Assembly: GCA_947593585.1 (NCBI GenBank)
Contig: CANQDP010000005.1
Location: 3,477 to 67,476, forward strand
DNA length: 64,000 nt
Source of the DNA: an uncultured Clostridia bacterium
Lineage (GTDB): Bacteria > Bacillota > Clostridia > Christensenellales > UBA1242
Direction: 5' to 3'
Made by a program: the position numbers and the translations under genes. The number at the start of each line of letters is the position of its first letter. The first letter of the stretch is position 1. The notes below the pieces were generated by a model, which did no database searches, was not told the DNA's origin, and worked only from the letters and a program-made list of their open reading frames with translations. This document shows, piece by piece, positions 35,648 through 47,100 of the stretch.

Positions 35648-35956
35648 AATGATGCAAAACGTAACGATTGCAAAGCCAACCATCACCATTGTGAAGGCAA
35701 GGAATGAACCTAAATCGTCTAGAGTTGTGTCAAAAAGGATATTGCACTTCTGTGGCCCGATTTTATCTATGCTCTCTAAAATTATGTTTGCGTGCTCACT
35801 AATTTTTGCCACTTTGCTTGCTGAAGATTTGCCCGTTCTAAACGCTTTTGCGCGGGCAATTTTTATCATAATCTTTTGCCTAATTTTCACATCTTCAGCA
35901 GTGGCGTCATACCTTAAACTCATAAAATGATAAGATTTTTTAACATTTTTTGGCAT
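35642..35956 (-). CDS. Small tail-anchored basic protein
   Basis: Start set to MPKNVKK (ATG 35956, AGGGG RBS), overlapping the uvrA 3-prime end by 17 nt. C-terminal TM helix LGSFLAFTMVMVGFAIVTFCIIL. Confidence 0.45.
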   Translation of the reverse strand: MPKNVKKSYHFMSLRYDATAEDVKIRQKIMIKIARAKAFRTGKSSASKVAKISEHANIILESIDKIGPQKCNILFDTTLDDLGSFLAFTMVMVGFAIVTFCIIL

Positions 35957-38813
35957 TTTTACCCCTTTTTTGCTTTTTTTCGCCAACATTCACTAAATTT
36001 TGCCTTAAATATTTTTTTAGATATTGCGCTGTGTAGCTCCCTTCAACCTGGCACACTTCTTCCGGCGTTCCGCTGGCAATCACTCTGCCACCTTCTTCGC
36101 CACCTTCCGGGCCCATATCTATAATATAGTCCGCTGTTTTAATCACATCTAGATTGTGCTCTATCACAACAACTGTGTTGCCCTTGCCAACCAAGCGTTG
36201 CAAAATGCCAACTAGTTTTTTAACATCATAACTATGCAATCCTGTGGTTGGCTCATCGAGAATGTAGGCTGTGTTGCCCGTATCACGCTTGGTGAGTTCG
36301 CTAGCAAGTTTTAATCTCTGAGCCTCGCCACCTGAAAGCGTGGTGGCACTTTGACCTAATTTGATATAGCCTAGGCCAACATCAACCAAGGTTTGCAATT
36401 TTCGCTTTAATTGAGGCAATGAAGAGAAAAACTCATAAGCTTCATCTATTGTCATTTCTAGTACATCGTAAATCGATTTGCCCTTATATTTCACATCTAG
36501 CACTTCACGAGAATAGCGTTTGCCCCCACACACTTCGCATGGCACAAACACATCTGCCATGAAATACATTCTCAAGCGTTTAACGCCATCGCCTGCGCAC
36601 GCTTCGCACCTTCCCCCTTCAACATTAAAACTAAATTCGCCCATATCAAAGCCTTTTTCTTTTGCACTTGGAGTGGAGGCAAAAAGCTTCCTTATATCTG
36701 TGAAAAGACCGGAATATGTGGCTGGGTTTGAGCGCGGAGTGCGACCGATTGGTGATTGGTCTATCATAATAACTTTGTCAATTTCATCAGCGTCTAAAAT
36801 TGCTTTTAGGTTTTTATCTTGCTCGCGCCTATTAATTTTGTTGAATAGGGCTCGATAGAAAATGTCATTTACCATAGTGGATTTGCCACTTCCACTCACG
36901 CCTGTTACGCAAGTGAACACGCCCTTTGGAATGGCAATATCCAGATTATTAATGTTGTGCTCTTTGCAACCGATTAGGTGGATAAAACCATTTTTAACTT
37001 GCCTGCGCTCTTCTGGCACTTCAATTTGCATTTCACCAGACAAGAATTTGCCCGTGATGCTATCTTTGCTATTAATCAAATCTTGCACGCTTCCCTGAGC
37101 CACAATTTGACCACCATGAATGCCTGCTTTTGGGCCGATATCCACAAGATAATCCGCCTGACGAATTGTGTCCTCATCATGCTCAACCACGATAAGAGTG
37201 TTGCCCAAATCGCGCAAGTTTTTAAGCGTTTCTATCAATTTGTCGTTATCGCGCTGATGCAGACCAATGCTTGGCTCATCGAGAATGTAAATCACACCGC
37301 TTAGTCCGCTGCCAATTTGAGTGGCAAGGCGAATGCGCTGGCTCTCACCACCTGAAAGCGTGCCTGCCCGCCTAGAAAGTGTGAGATAATTTAAGCCAAC
37401 ATTAACCAAAAACCCTAATCGTGAAAGGATTTCATGAATTATGCTTTCGGCTATCGTTTTATCCATTTTGCTAAGTTTTAAATTGGATATAAACTGATAA
37501 GTTTTAACGATTGACATATCGCAAACTTCTGCAATGTTCTTATCATTCACCTTTATGGACAAAGCATTAGGATTTAACCTTTTGCCTTTACACTCTGGGC
37601 AAGTATCTTCACTCATGAGTTTGTAAATCTCTTCTTTCACATATTCGCTTTGGCTCTCTTGAAATCTCCTTAGCAAATCCGGAATTATGCCCATAAAGAG
37701 AGCGTCTTTTTGAGCTAAATATTGGTGAAGATTTGTGGCGATTCTGTCTGGGTCGCCACTCTCACCATTAATCAATATGCTTCTCGCTTCTTTTGGGATT
37801 TTATAGTATGGGGTGTCTAGCGTGAAACCATGAAGTTTGGCAAGTTTATTGAGCGCTTTTTTTGTGATGCCTGTGGCGTCTATATTAAAGCCCATCACGG
37901 TTAATGCGCCCTCGTTTATTGACAATCTATCATTCTTCACAATGGCACTTTCGCCAATTTTCACCACATATCCTAACCCGCCACACTTTGGGCAAGCACC
38001 CGCTTGATTGTTAAAACTGAAAAGTGTTGGCTCAATGTCTGGAATGGAAATGCCACAATCAACGCAACTATATTTCACGCTATATAATTTATCTTCACCA
38101 TTTGTGTTGATAATTGTGATGCCGTCTGCCATTTGCAAGCATTTGTTGATTGAATCAGTGAGCCTAGGTGCGCTATCTGCCTTTTTCACCACTCTATCCA
38201 CCACCACAGATATATCGTGGCGTTTGTTTTTATCTAGCGAAATGTTGTCATCAAGAGAATAGAGCGTTTTATCCACCATAACGCGCACATAGCCGTCCTT
38301 TCTCAATCCCTCGATGGTTTTCTCGTGGCTACCCTTTTGTGCGCGTATAATTGGTGCCATAATGAGCATTTTGGAGCCATCCTCCGCTTCCATCACCCTA
38401 TCCACAATCTGGTCTAGCGTCTGCACAGTTATTGGCTTGCCACATTTTGGGCAAAAAGGTTTGCCCACACGAGCAAAAAGCAACCTAATGTAATCATAAA
38501 TTTCGGTGATTGTGCCAACCGTAGAGCGCGGATTGTTGTTTGTGCTCTTTTGGTCGATTGAAATGGCTGGGCTAAGCCCGTCTATGCTCTCCACATCAGG
38601 CTTTGTCATTTGGCCTAAAAATTGGCGGGCATAACTTGATAGGCTCTCCATATAACGCCTTTGGCCTTCGGCAAAAATTGTGTCGAAAGCGAGAGTGGAC
38701 TTGCCGCAGCCACTCACACCAGAAAACACTATTAATTTATTTTTAGGAAGGGTTAGGTCGATATTTTTTAAATTGTTTTCCTTTGCCCCTCTAATCACAA
38801 TATTTTCAAGCAT
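35940..38813 (-). CDS. uvrA: Excinuclease ABC subunit A
   Basis: 957 aa. Two ABC modules (GVSGCGKST, GVSGSGKST, LSGGE signatures) and zinc-finger cysteines. Confidence 0.95.
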   Translation of the reverse strand: MLENIVIRGAKENNLKNIDLTLPKNKLIVFSGVSGCGKSTLAFDTIFAEGQRRYMESLSSYARQFLGQMTKPDVESIDGLSPAISIDQKSTNNNPRSTVGTITEIYDYIRLLFARVGKPFCPKCGKPITVQTLDQIVDRVMEAEDGSKMLIMAPIIRAQKGSHEKTIEGLRKDGYVRVMVDKTLYSLDDNISLDKNKRHDISVVVDRVVKKADSAPRLTDSINKCLQMADGITIINTNGEDKLYSVKYSCVDCGISIPDIEPTLFSFNNQAGACPKCGGLGYVVKIGESAIVKNDRLSINEGALTVMGFNIDATGITKKALNKLAKLHGFTLDTPYYKIPKEARSILINGESGDPDRIATNLHQYLAQKDALFMGIIPDLLRRFQESQSEYVKEEIYKLMSEDTCPECKGKRLNPNALSIKVNDKNIAEVCDMSIVKTYQFISNLKLSKMDKTIAESIIHEILSRLGFLVNVGLNYLTLSRRAGTLSGGESQRIRLATQIGSGLSGVIYILDEPSIGLHQRDNDKLIETLKNLRDLGNTLIVVEHDEDTIRQADYLVDIGPKAGIHGGQIVAQGSVQDLINSKDSITGKFLSGEMQIEVPEERRQVKNGFIHLIGCKEHNINNLDIAIPKGVFTCVTGVSGSGKSTMVNDIFYRALFNKINRREQDKNLKAILDADEIDKVIMIDQSPIGRTPRSNPATYSGLFTDIRKLFASTPSAKEKGFDMGEFSFNVEGGRCEACAGDGVKRLRMYFMADVFVPCEVCGGKRYSREVLDVKYKGKSIYDVLEMTIDEAYEFFSSLPQLKRKLQTLVDVGLGYIKLGQSATTLSGGEAQRLKLASELTKRDTGNTAYILDEPTTGLHSYDVKKLVGILQRLVGKGNTVVVIEHNLDVIKTADYIIDMGPEGGEEGGRVIASGTPEEVCQVEGSYTAQYLKKYLRQNLVNVGEKKQKRGKNAKKC

Positions 38814-38858
38814 TTTATCTCCTAATTATACCCATGTTTTTAAAGTTTATTAACTTTT

Positions 38859-38887
38859 ATTATAACATACAAAACATTATTTTTCAA
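38859..38887 (-). promoter_or_regulatory. Promoter of uvrA
   Basis: TTGAAA-AATAATGTTTTGTATGT-TATAAT (17-nt spacer, extended TG). Confidence 0.5.
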
Positions 38888-38941
38888 CTAATAAAAAACA
38901 AAAAAATAATTAGGGCAAGAAAAAAAGTGGCAAAGCCACTT

Positions 38942-39379
38942 TTATGCTCTCTTTCTTGGAATTGTGAGAATTAGTGCAACTGCCACAATGCCAACGCCGA
39001 TTGTGATTGCACAAGCATAAACATTGAAGTAGTCTAACAAATCGTTCACTCTATAGATTGAAGAGATATAAACGACTGTGTCCCCTCCCTCAACATCTTC
39101 ACTAAATTCTTTATCTTCGCTGATGATGATTTTGTTGCCTTTAAGCTTATAGTAAAGCTCAGACTCGGTTTTTAGTGCCTCGTCTTTATTATCTTTGCCG
39201 TAAACTTCCACCACAACCTTAACTTTGCCGTTGAATTTGAATGAATAAGATGTTTCTGTGGTGATGTCCGCAACAGTGGTTTTGTTTTCATAAGAGCCAA
39301 ATGGGATGATTAAGCAAGGATAACCGTATGCAACCACAACGAAAGCAACACACAACAATAAAACAATCTTTCTAATCAT
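38942..39379 (-). CDS. Membrane protein with N- and C-terminal TM helices (145 aa)
   Basis: Start moved to MIRKIVLLL (ATG 39379) after AGAGAGG. Followed by a hairpin terminator. Confidence 0.55.
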   Translation of the reverse strand: MIRKIVLLLCVAFVVVAYGYPCLIIPFGSYENKTTVADITTETSYSFKFNGKVKVVVEVYGKDNKDEALKTESELYYKLKGNKIIISEDKEFSEDVEGGDTVVYISSIYRVNDLLDYFNVYACAITIGVGIVAVALILTIPRKRA

Positions 39380-39516
39380 AAAAAACCTCTCTATTATGAT
39401 TTTATACAAAAACAGCCGACTTGTCAACATTTTACGGCAAAATTTTTAAAATTTAACGAACTTTGTTTCGCTTGACAAAAATTTGATAGAATTTTAAACT
39501 TATTTTTGGAGGAAAT

Positions 39517-41277
39517 ATGAAAAATCGCGAACAAATTGAAGAAAAATATAAATGGGATTTAGAGTTATTTAAAACGGACGAAGAGATTGAAAAGGTGTTT
39601 TCTTACATCGAAAAATTGACAAAAGTTATGCCTAGCTATAGCGGAAAACTTGCAGACAAAAACAAACTTTATGAAGTTTTATATAAATATAGAAAGGAAG
39701 AAATTGAAATTGACAAGCTTGTTTATTATGTTTTCAACACTTATAGTGTGGACAACAGCAACACGCGAATTATTAAATTAAACACGAGGCTTAACAACGC
39801 ACTTGCGAAATTATCTGCCAGCACAGCATTTATTGGTCCTCAACTTTATGAGTTGCCAGACAAATATCTTTTGGAAATTATTAACGACAAAAAGTTTAGT
39901 GAATTTGACAATTTCTTTAAGGACATCATTAAAATGAAACCACACAAACTAGACGAAAAAACTAGTGAAATTGTTGCAAAACTAAACAAATCACTCAATC
40001 AAAATGCAGAGATTTATGACATTATCAATCATAGTGAAATTTATTTTGATGATGCGCTGGATAGCAAAGGCAAGTCGCACAAGATTGACAATTCTAGTTG
40101 TGAAGATTGCCTTATCAGCACTGATAGGGAATTAAGAAAAAACGCATATTATTCACTCAAAAACGCATTTAAGAGATTTAATAAAACTTTTGCTGCCCTT
40201 CTGCTTGGTGATATGACAAGTGATTTCAACATCAGCAAGTTAAAAAACTTTAATTCTCAATTAGAGGCTGCACTTATTGAAGATGATGTGCCAAAGGCTG
40301 TTTTTGACAAAAATATTTTGGAAGTTACAAAAAACATCAAGATTTTGCAAGAATATGTGAAAATTCGTGCTAAAAAAAGCGGATTGAAAGATTTTGCAAT
40401 ATATGATTTGAATGAAGATAAAAAGATTAACGGAAAAGTGAGCATCGAAAAAGCGCAAGCCACAATAATTAATGCCCTTGCTCCACTAGGCGAAGAATAT
40501 ATCAAAAATGTGAAAATTAAGTTTAACGACAAATCAATTGATTATATGCCAAACAAAAACAAAAGCACGGGCGGATATTCCAACTCTGCATACGGCTGCA
40601 AACCTATAATTTTGATGAATTGGAAAAACAATTATGATAGCATGTCCACCCTGGCGCACGAAATGGGACACTGCATTAATAGTGTTTACATTCTTTCATC
40701 TCAACCAAGAGAAAAATGCGGCGTGGTTATCCCCCTTGCAGAAATTGCGAGCACTGTAAATGAAATTTTGCTCATCAATTATATGATTAGCCACTGCCCA
40801 AAAAATCAAAAGGAGTATTATTTGCAACAACTATTTGACCTATGCCGTGGCACAATTTTCACTCAAACCTTGTTTGCAGAGTTTGAACTCTTCGCTCACA
40901 CTAATGTGGACAACGAAACACCTATAACCTATGAGGACTTAAACAACAAGTTCTTTGAATTGCTGAAAAAATATTATGGAAAGAGTTGCGTTATTCCAGA
41001 GTACGATAGATATGGCTGGTCGAGAATTCCGCACTTCTATCAAAATTATTATGTTTATTCTTATTCCACAGGCATGATAACTGCGATTAGCATTGTGGCA
41101 AAACTTTTGACGGATAAAAATTATTATAAAAAATATATTGAATTTTTAAAGAATGGTTCAAGCAAAAGTTTTATGGAAATTTTGAAATATATTGGCATTG
41201 ATTTGACCACTGACGAGCCTTATGAAACCGCCTTTAATTTCTTAAAAGAAAAGTTAAAAGAATATAAAAACTGCTAA
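39517..41277 (+). CDS. pepF: Oligoendopeptidase F (M3B family)
   Basis: 586 aa. Zinc motif HEMGH. Length and overall pattern are typical of PepF. Confidence 0.85.
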   Translation: MKNREQIEEKYKWDLELFKTDEEIEKVFSYIEKLTKVMPSYSGKLADKNKLYEVLYKYRKEEIEIDKLVYYVFNTYSVDNSNTRIIKLNTRLNNALAKLSASTAFIGPQLYELPDKYLLEIINDKKFSEFDNFFKDIIKMKPHKLDEKTSEIVAKLNKSLNQNAEIYDIINHSEIYFDDALDSKGKSHKIDNSSCEDCLISTDRELRKNAYYSLKNAFKRFNKTFAALLLGDMTSDFNISKLKNFNSQLEAALIEDDVPKAVFDKNILEVTKNIKILQEYVKIRAKKSGLKDFAIYDLNEDKKINGKVSIEKAQATIINALAPLGEEYIKNVKIKFNDKSIDYMPNKNKSTGGYSNSAYGCKPIILMNWKNNYDSMSTLAHEMGHCINSVYILSSQPREKCGVVIPLAEIASTVNEILLINYMISHCPKNQKEYYLQQLFDLCRGTIFTQTLFAEFELFAHTNVDNETPITYEDLNNKFFELLKKYYGKSCVIPEYDRYGWSRIPHFYQNYYVYSYSTGMITAISIVAKLLTDKNYYKKYIEFLKNGSSKSFMEILKYIGIDLTTDEPYETAFNFLKEKLKEYKNC

Positions 41278-41368
41278 AAAGTTGAAAATTTGTGCGTTTT
41301 TTGCAGAATTTTTAAAATTTTTTGGAAAAATTATTTTAAACTATTCTTTCTAAATAATAATTAAAAGA

Positions 41369-41397
41369 TTGCAAAAAATATTGGAAAGTGATATAAT
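41369..41397 (+). promoter_or_regulatory. Promoter of the wHTH-TM pair and uvrB
   Basis: TTGCAA-AAAATATTGGAAAGTGA-TATAAT (17-nt spacer, extended TG). Confidence 0.6.
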
Positions 41398-41409
41398 GGG
41401 AGTGAATTT

Positions 41410-41778
41410 ATGTTGGACAAAAAATCTTATGCCGTTTTAAAAGCACTGAATAAGTTGAGTGAAGGCACTGCTTATAAGGTGATTACAGCCGAAGATGTTT
41501 TATCAAACCTAACTCCAAAATCTCAATATGATGCGGACGGCATAAAGCAAATTATTGAATTTTTGGAAAAGCAGGAATATCTCAACATCAAGTTTTGTGA
41601 GGACAACACTTATTGCTACTCTCTCACGCCCAAAGCACGCATAAGTTTGGAGCAGGAAGGCAGCAAGCCAAAGCCAAAGAAAAGCAACAAAGAAATTTTA
41701 AATTTCGTTTTCACGATGATTGCGTCTTTTATTGGAGCAATGCTCGCCTTAATAATCTTTGCTTATTTGCCAATTTAG
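41410..41778 (+). CDS. Membrane-anchored winged-helix-like protein (122 aa)
   Basis: N-terminal wHTH-like segment (SYAVLKALNKLSEGTAYKVITAEDVLSNL...IIEFLEKQEYLNI) and C-terminal TM helix. Paralog of the next gene. Confidence 0.55.
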   Translation: MLDKKSYAVLKALNKLSEGTAYKVITAEDVLSNLTPKSQYDADGIKQIIEFLEKQEYLNIKFCEDNTYCYSLTPKARISLEQEGSKPKPKKSNKEILNFVFTMIASFIGAMLALIIFAYLPI

Positions 41779-41787
41779 AGGAAGAAG

Positions 41788-42150
41788 ATGTTAACATTTA
41801 AAGAAAAATATGTGATGGAATATGTTTATCAAAAATGTCAAGACAAAAAGTCTTGCCTGATTTCCCCGCGCGAAATTATTTCGCACGCCGCAGATAGATA
41901 TGTGATTTATCCTGACGAACTTGAAAAGATTATGACAAATCTTAGTTATGACAATTATATTGAATTGTTTAAGTCGGATAAAAAAGGCAGCCCAGTTTAT
42001 TGCGTTTCGCTAAAAATGAAGGGGGAAGGCTTCCACAGAGAACTCACAAACAACAAACGAAATTTGATGTGGCTTGTGGGTAGGTCGTGCGTGCTGGCAG
42101 TTATCACCGCAATAATTGGCGGGCTTATTAAAATTATATTTTTTAGATAG
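41788..42150 (+). CDS. Membrane-anchored winged-helix-like protein (120 aa)
   Basis: Same architecture as 41410-41778 ([11 protein letters not shown]...[10 protein letters not shown]...[10 protein letters not shown] plus a C-terminal TM helix). Confidence 0.55.
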   Translation: MLTFKEKYVMEYVYQKCQDKKSCLISPREIISHAADRYVIYPDELEKIMTNLSYDNYIELFKSDKKGSPVYCVSLKMKGEGFHRELTNNKRNLMWLVGRSCVLAVITAIIGGLIKIIFFR

Positions 42151-42158
42151 GCATTTTT

Positions 42159-44123
42159 ATGGAATATAGGAATTTTGAACTTGTTTCTAAATATAAGCCA
42201 ACAGGCGACCAACCCGAAGCGATTGCTTCGCTCGTTGAAGGCATAAAAGACGGCTTATCTGCGCAAGTTTTGAAGGGCGTTACAGGCAGTGGCAAAACTT
42301 TCACCATGGCAAATGTGATTGCGCAAATCAACCGCCCCACTCTCGTGCTCGCCCACAACAAAACTTTGGCAGCACAATTATGCAATGAATTTAGAGAGTT
42401 TTTCCCAAACAATCGTGTGGAATTTTTTGTTTCTTATTATGACTATTATCAGCCAGAGGCGTATATAGTTTCAAGCGACACTTATATTGAAAAAGACATG
42501 AGTGTGAACGATGAAATAGACAAACTTAGGCACAGTGCCACCTCTAGCCTTTTGGAGCGAAGCGACACGATTGTGGTGGCGTCTGTTTCGTGCATTTATG
42601 GTTTGGGCGCACCAAAAGAATATTACGATTTGCACATTTCTCTTAGGGTTGGCGACAAATTAAATAGAGAAGATTTAATTCATAGATTAATAAACATTCA
42701 ATACACTCGCAACGACATTGATTTTGTGCGCTCAACTTTTAGAGCGCGTGGTGATGTGGTGGACATTTTCCCAGCAGATAGCAGTGAAGTGGCAATTAGA
42801 GTGGAGTTTTTTGATGACGAAATTGAAAGCCTTAGCGAATTTGAAGTGGTGAGTGGGAAAGTTTTAAATAAATTAAAGCACGCTTCAATCTTCCCTGCTA
42901 GCCACTATGCAGTGGGCAGTGAAAGGCTAAATCAAGCGTTGAAGCAGATTAAGCAAGACGCTGAGGCGCGCGAACAAGAGTTTTTAAGTCAAGATAAATA
43001 TATTGAAGCGCAACGCATACGCGAACGCACAAATTATGACATTGAAATGATGCAAGAGATGGGTTATTGCTCGGGCATTGAGAATTATTCGCGCTATTTT
43101 GACGGAAGAGAGCCGGGCGAGCCGCCTTACACTCTGCTAGACTATTTCCCTGAGGGCTTTTTGCTGTTTGTGGACGAAAGCCACATCACACTCCCGCAAG
43201 TGAGAGGCATGTATAATGGCGATAGAGCGCGCAAAAATAGCCTTGTGGATTATGGATTTAGGCTGCCAAGCGCTTATGACAATCGCCCGCTTAATTTTGA
43301 AGAATTTAATAGGCGAATTGGTCAAGCGGTTTATGTTTCCGCCACACCAAATGACTATGAACTTGGGCTGGCTGGCAATGTGGTTGAGCAAGTGATTAGG
43401 CCAACCTATCTGTTAGACCCAGAAATTGAAGTGCGCCCAAGCAATGGTCAAGTGGACAATTTATATGACGAAATTAAAAAGACCACGCAAAAGCATGGCA
43501 AAGTGCTTGTTACCACACTCACAAAGAAAATGGCAGAAGATTTGTGCACCTACTTTGGTGAAAACGGCATTAGAGTGAAATATTTGCACAGCGACATTGA
43601 CACATTAGAGCGCGTGAAAATAATTAATGAATTGCGTGCAGACGAATTTGATGTGCTCATTGGCATAAACTTGCTGCGCGAGGGGTTGGACTTGCCAGAA
43701 GTTACGCTCGTGGCAATTTTGGACGCAGATAAAGAAGGATTTTTGCGCAGTGCCACTTCTCTTATCCAGATTGTTGGGCGTGCTGCGAGAAATAGTGAAA
43801 GCCGAGTGATTATGTATGCGGATAACATCACAGACAGCATGAAGCAGGCGATTGACGAAACTAATTATAGGCGCGATAAACAGATGAAATATAACGCCGA
43901 GCATGGCGTGAAGCCAAAAACAATCAAGAAAGAGATTGTGGACACACTTAAAATTAGAATTGATGCGCCAGAAGAAAAGATGAGCAAACAAGATATTATT
44001 AAGAAGATTGAAAGCATGAAAGGCATGATGAACACTGTGGCAAGCCAATTAGACTTTGAAACGGCAATCCAACTGCGCGAAGAAATTGCCAAATTGAAGC
44101 GAAAATTAAACAAAGCGAAATAA
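42159..44123 (+). CDS. uvrB: Excinuclease ABC subunit B
   Basis: 654 aa. GVTGSGKT Walker A, DESH box, C-terminal UVR motif ([15 protein letters not shown]). Confidence 0.95.
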   Translation: MEYRNFELVSKYKPTGDQPEAIASLVEGIKDGLSAQVLKGVTGSGKTFTMANVIAQINRPTLVLAHNKTLAAQLCNEFREFFPNNRVEFFVSYYDYYQPEAYIVSSDTYIEKDMSVNDEIDKLRHSATSSLLERSDTIVVASVSCIYGLGAPKEYYDLHISLRVGDKLNREDLIHRLINIQYTRNDIDFVRSTFRARGDVVDIFPADSSEVAIRVEFFDDEIESLSEFEVVSGKVLNKLKHASIFPASHYAVGSERLNQALKQIKQDAEAREQEFLSQDKYIEAQRIRERTNYDIEMMQEMGYCSGIENYSRYFDGREPGEPPYTLLDYFPEGFLLFVDESHITLPQVRGMYNGDRARKNSLVDYGFRLPSAYDNRPLNFEEFNRRIGQAVYVSATPNDYELGLAGNVVEQVIRPTYLLDPEIEVRPSNGQVDNLYDEIKKTTQKHGKVLVTTLTKKMAEDLCTYFGENGIRVKYLHSDIDTLERVKIINELRADEFDVLIGINLLREGLDLPEVTLVAILDADKEGFLRSATSLIQIVGRAARNSESRVIMYADNITDSMKQAIDETNYRRDKQMKYNAEHGVKPKTIKKEIVDTLKIRIDAPEEKMSKQDIIKKIESMKGMMNTVASQLDFETAIQLREEIAKLKRKLNKAK

Positions 44124-44169
44124 TTCGCTTTGTTTTTTATAAAAAAGAAAACGCAAAAGCGTTTTCTTT
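44112..44169. terminator. Two hairpin terminators between convergent uvrB and the 1354-aa gene
   Basis: AAAGCGAA-ATAA-TTCGCTTT followed by GTTTTTT, then AAAGAAAACGC-AAAA-GCGTTTTCTTT. Confidence 0.7.
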
Positions 44170-44176
44170 AATTTAA

Positions 44177-47100
44177 TTATTCAACATCTCCAGATTTTGC
44201 ATCGGATTCTGCTTCTGGTTCGCTCTCTTTTTCTTTAGCCTTTGTGCTCTTAGTGGTTTTTGCCTTATTAGACTTGCCACTTCCGCCCTTCTTGCCTGTG
44301 AAAGCGAAGAACAAGATTACGCCAGCCAAAATCAAAAGTGAAATAACAATTAACACTGTGCCAACAACAGAATCTGAAACATGCTTCTCTTCTGCCGTTT
44401 TAGAAACAACATTGAAGCTGATTTCACGAATTGTTTCGTTTTTATTGTTGTCTGTTAAAGTGAATTTCAAAGTGAATTTACCTGTGCCTGTGATGAAATA
44501 TTGAGAATCAAGAGTTGTGTCTGTGTTGCGCTCAAGATTTTCAGCGCCTTCCAAGGTTACAGATAAATTATACCAGTTGTTGAATATTTCAGCATCAGTT
44601 TTAGTGCCATCGTTATCATACAACTTCAAGCCTGTGTCGATGCTATCGATTTGCTCGCCATTGCTATAAATGGAGATTACAAGTGTCCTTGTTGAGCCAC
44701 GCTTTAAGTCGATGTTATACTCTATGCGGTTTTCACCATCATAAACTATATCTTGACTTAATCTAGCCACAACGCCTTCGCCAAATCTAATTTCAGGTTT
44801 GATTGAATCGCCAACTTTGATGTCGAATTCCTTCTCAATCTCTTCGTCTGTTACAAGAGATTTCGCCTTGTAGGTTACATGATAAGTGCCAGAAGTTTTG
44901 TGAGATGATGCCACATATTCTGGGCCACCCTCTTTAGGTTCTGAAACTCTTTCGTCAGTGAAGCCATCATTCAATTTGAAATGCCAGAAGGTTACCAATC
45001 TATTGTCAATCTCTTTTGTTTCAAGCTTTGGTGCACCGTGGTCAAGTGGAAGATAGTCTGGGTCGGTAACTTCTAGGGTAACTTCAACATCAAGGTCTGT
45101 GTTGCCATGAGAAGCACTTAAATATTCAAGCCAAACATCTTCGCCAACCTCTTTTTGAGCCTCAACATTAACATCGCCCGACCAAGCAAGTGCTGGAACG
45201 GTGATGCGAATTGTTAATTCTTTTGTGTTTGATGTGCGGGTTTGCATATCTTTGCCTTGATATGTTGATTTGATGGTTACTTTATAGTCGTCTGCAACGG
45301 TGAACTTATAGCCACCAGCATAAGAATCAGGCTCAACACCGGTTTTCACACCAACAATTTCGATTGTTGTGTCTGCCTTAGAAGTGATATCCCCTTCCTC
45401 GTTTTCAACTTTATAATCAAAGCGAACAACAGAATTTATGTCTGCTTCATAAATGCCACCAGAAAGTGTTGCACCCTTCACATTGATAGAAGTTAGTTTA
45501 GGGCTTTGAATGTTTTCAACTGTGAATGTGTAGGTGAAATATGTGGTGTTGCCAGCGGAATCTCTAGCGGTGTAAACAACATAATATGTGCCGGCTTTAG
45601 ATGCAGAGATTTTTGCGTTTGAAATTGTGAAAACGCCGTCTTTCACTGTGGTCTTTTTGCCAACAACTTGCTCAAAATCGCTTGGACGAATGGCTGGGTA
45701 GCCTAATTCGTCTTCAGAGATTGCGTCCAAATCCTCTTGAGAGATAACATAGTATTGCAAAGAGATATTTAGAGTTTTATCAGTTGTGTCCTCAAAAGAT
45801 ACTGTTGGAAGAGCAATATCTTTAGGAGCGCCGTCTGTGATATAGAATGTTTTGTTATTATTAGTGATGTCATCTTCGCCTTCAACTGCTGTAACTTTAG
45901 CGGTTGGAGCATCTTTTTCAGAAGTGTTATCCACGCTAAGAGTTTTGAAATCTATTGCAACAGTGTTGTTGTCATTAATTGCAACTGCAACTAAGTGAAC
46001 AAACTTTTCATCATCAGCCTTTTCAAATGCAACTTCAAATTCGCCATTTGAAACTTCTTTCATTCTTGTGATGTTGTTGTATTTGCTTAGAGCGGAAACA
46101 AGATTGTCATTATACAAAACATTAGTTTTGAAATTGTCGAAATAATTTGTGGAGTAATCTGGAGTGGTTTCATCTCCTTCCAAAGAGCCACCATGCTCTT
46201 TATTTACATTGCCCCAAGAAGCATCTTTTTCTTGCAACAACAATTTAGCAATTTCGGCTTTGATGTCTTTTTCAAAAGCCTCGGCTGTTACTGTGGCAGC
46301 ATCGCCAGACTCTGTGAACAAGAACAAAGCATTGCGAACATTTGCATCAACATCATCTTTTGAAACAACTGTGGTGTTGAATGAAGATTTTTCAGCGATT
46401 GTGTCCTCATTCAAAGAAAGGCTAACAGTTAAGTTTTTGCTAACGCCTTCTGTTTCATCGCCAGCAACATTGCCAGCCAATGCGCGCTCTAACACTTTGA
46501 ACTTATATGCCCTTGTGCCAGATTCATAAAGGGTTTTTCTTTGAGTGATAATATAGTTTCTGCCTGTGGTTTTGTTGAACACTTGATAAACAAGGGAATA
46601 ATCTTTGCCTGTGTAGTAGCCAAGTTTGAAACCACTATAATTAGTGTTAAATTTGAAACGAACAACTTTGTTCATTTTGCCGATGTTAGGGTCGTTTGAA
46701 GCATTATAGCCTTCTTCCGTGTCTTTAACGGCAACAACGCCCGTTTCATCATCGTTTAATTTGATGTTATCAATATAGAACTTATCTAGCGAGTTTGTGT
46801 TGCTTTGGAAATAACGAATGAACACATATTCATCATAATCGTAGATGCCCTCAGCGAAAATTGCTGGGAAGCGAAGCTCTGCATAGCCATAGTATGGAGC
46901 GAACTCGTAGATATAATCTTTATTCACATTTTCGCTATCAACAACAACTTCTTTTGCAACATCTTCACCTTTTTTAAGCACCGGCAAGCCTTCGCTATCC
47001 TTCTCCCAAGAAACGGTTTCAGGCAAATCATAGGTGTATGCCCAAGAAACATCAAGAGAATTTGAAGGCAAGGTTACGCCCGTAACATTAAATGTGGCAG

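Noticed and set aside
38865-38890. LexA/DinR (Cheo) box in the uvrA promoter.
   Set aside because: GAAAAATAATGTTTT only superficially resembles GAAC-N4-GTTC. Both half-sites and the spacing are wrong.
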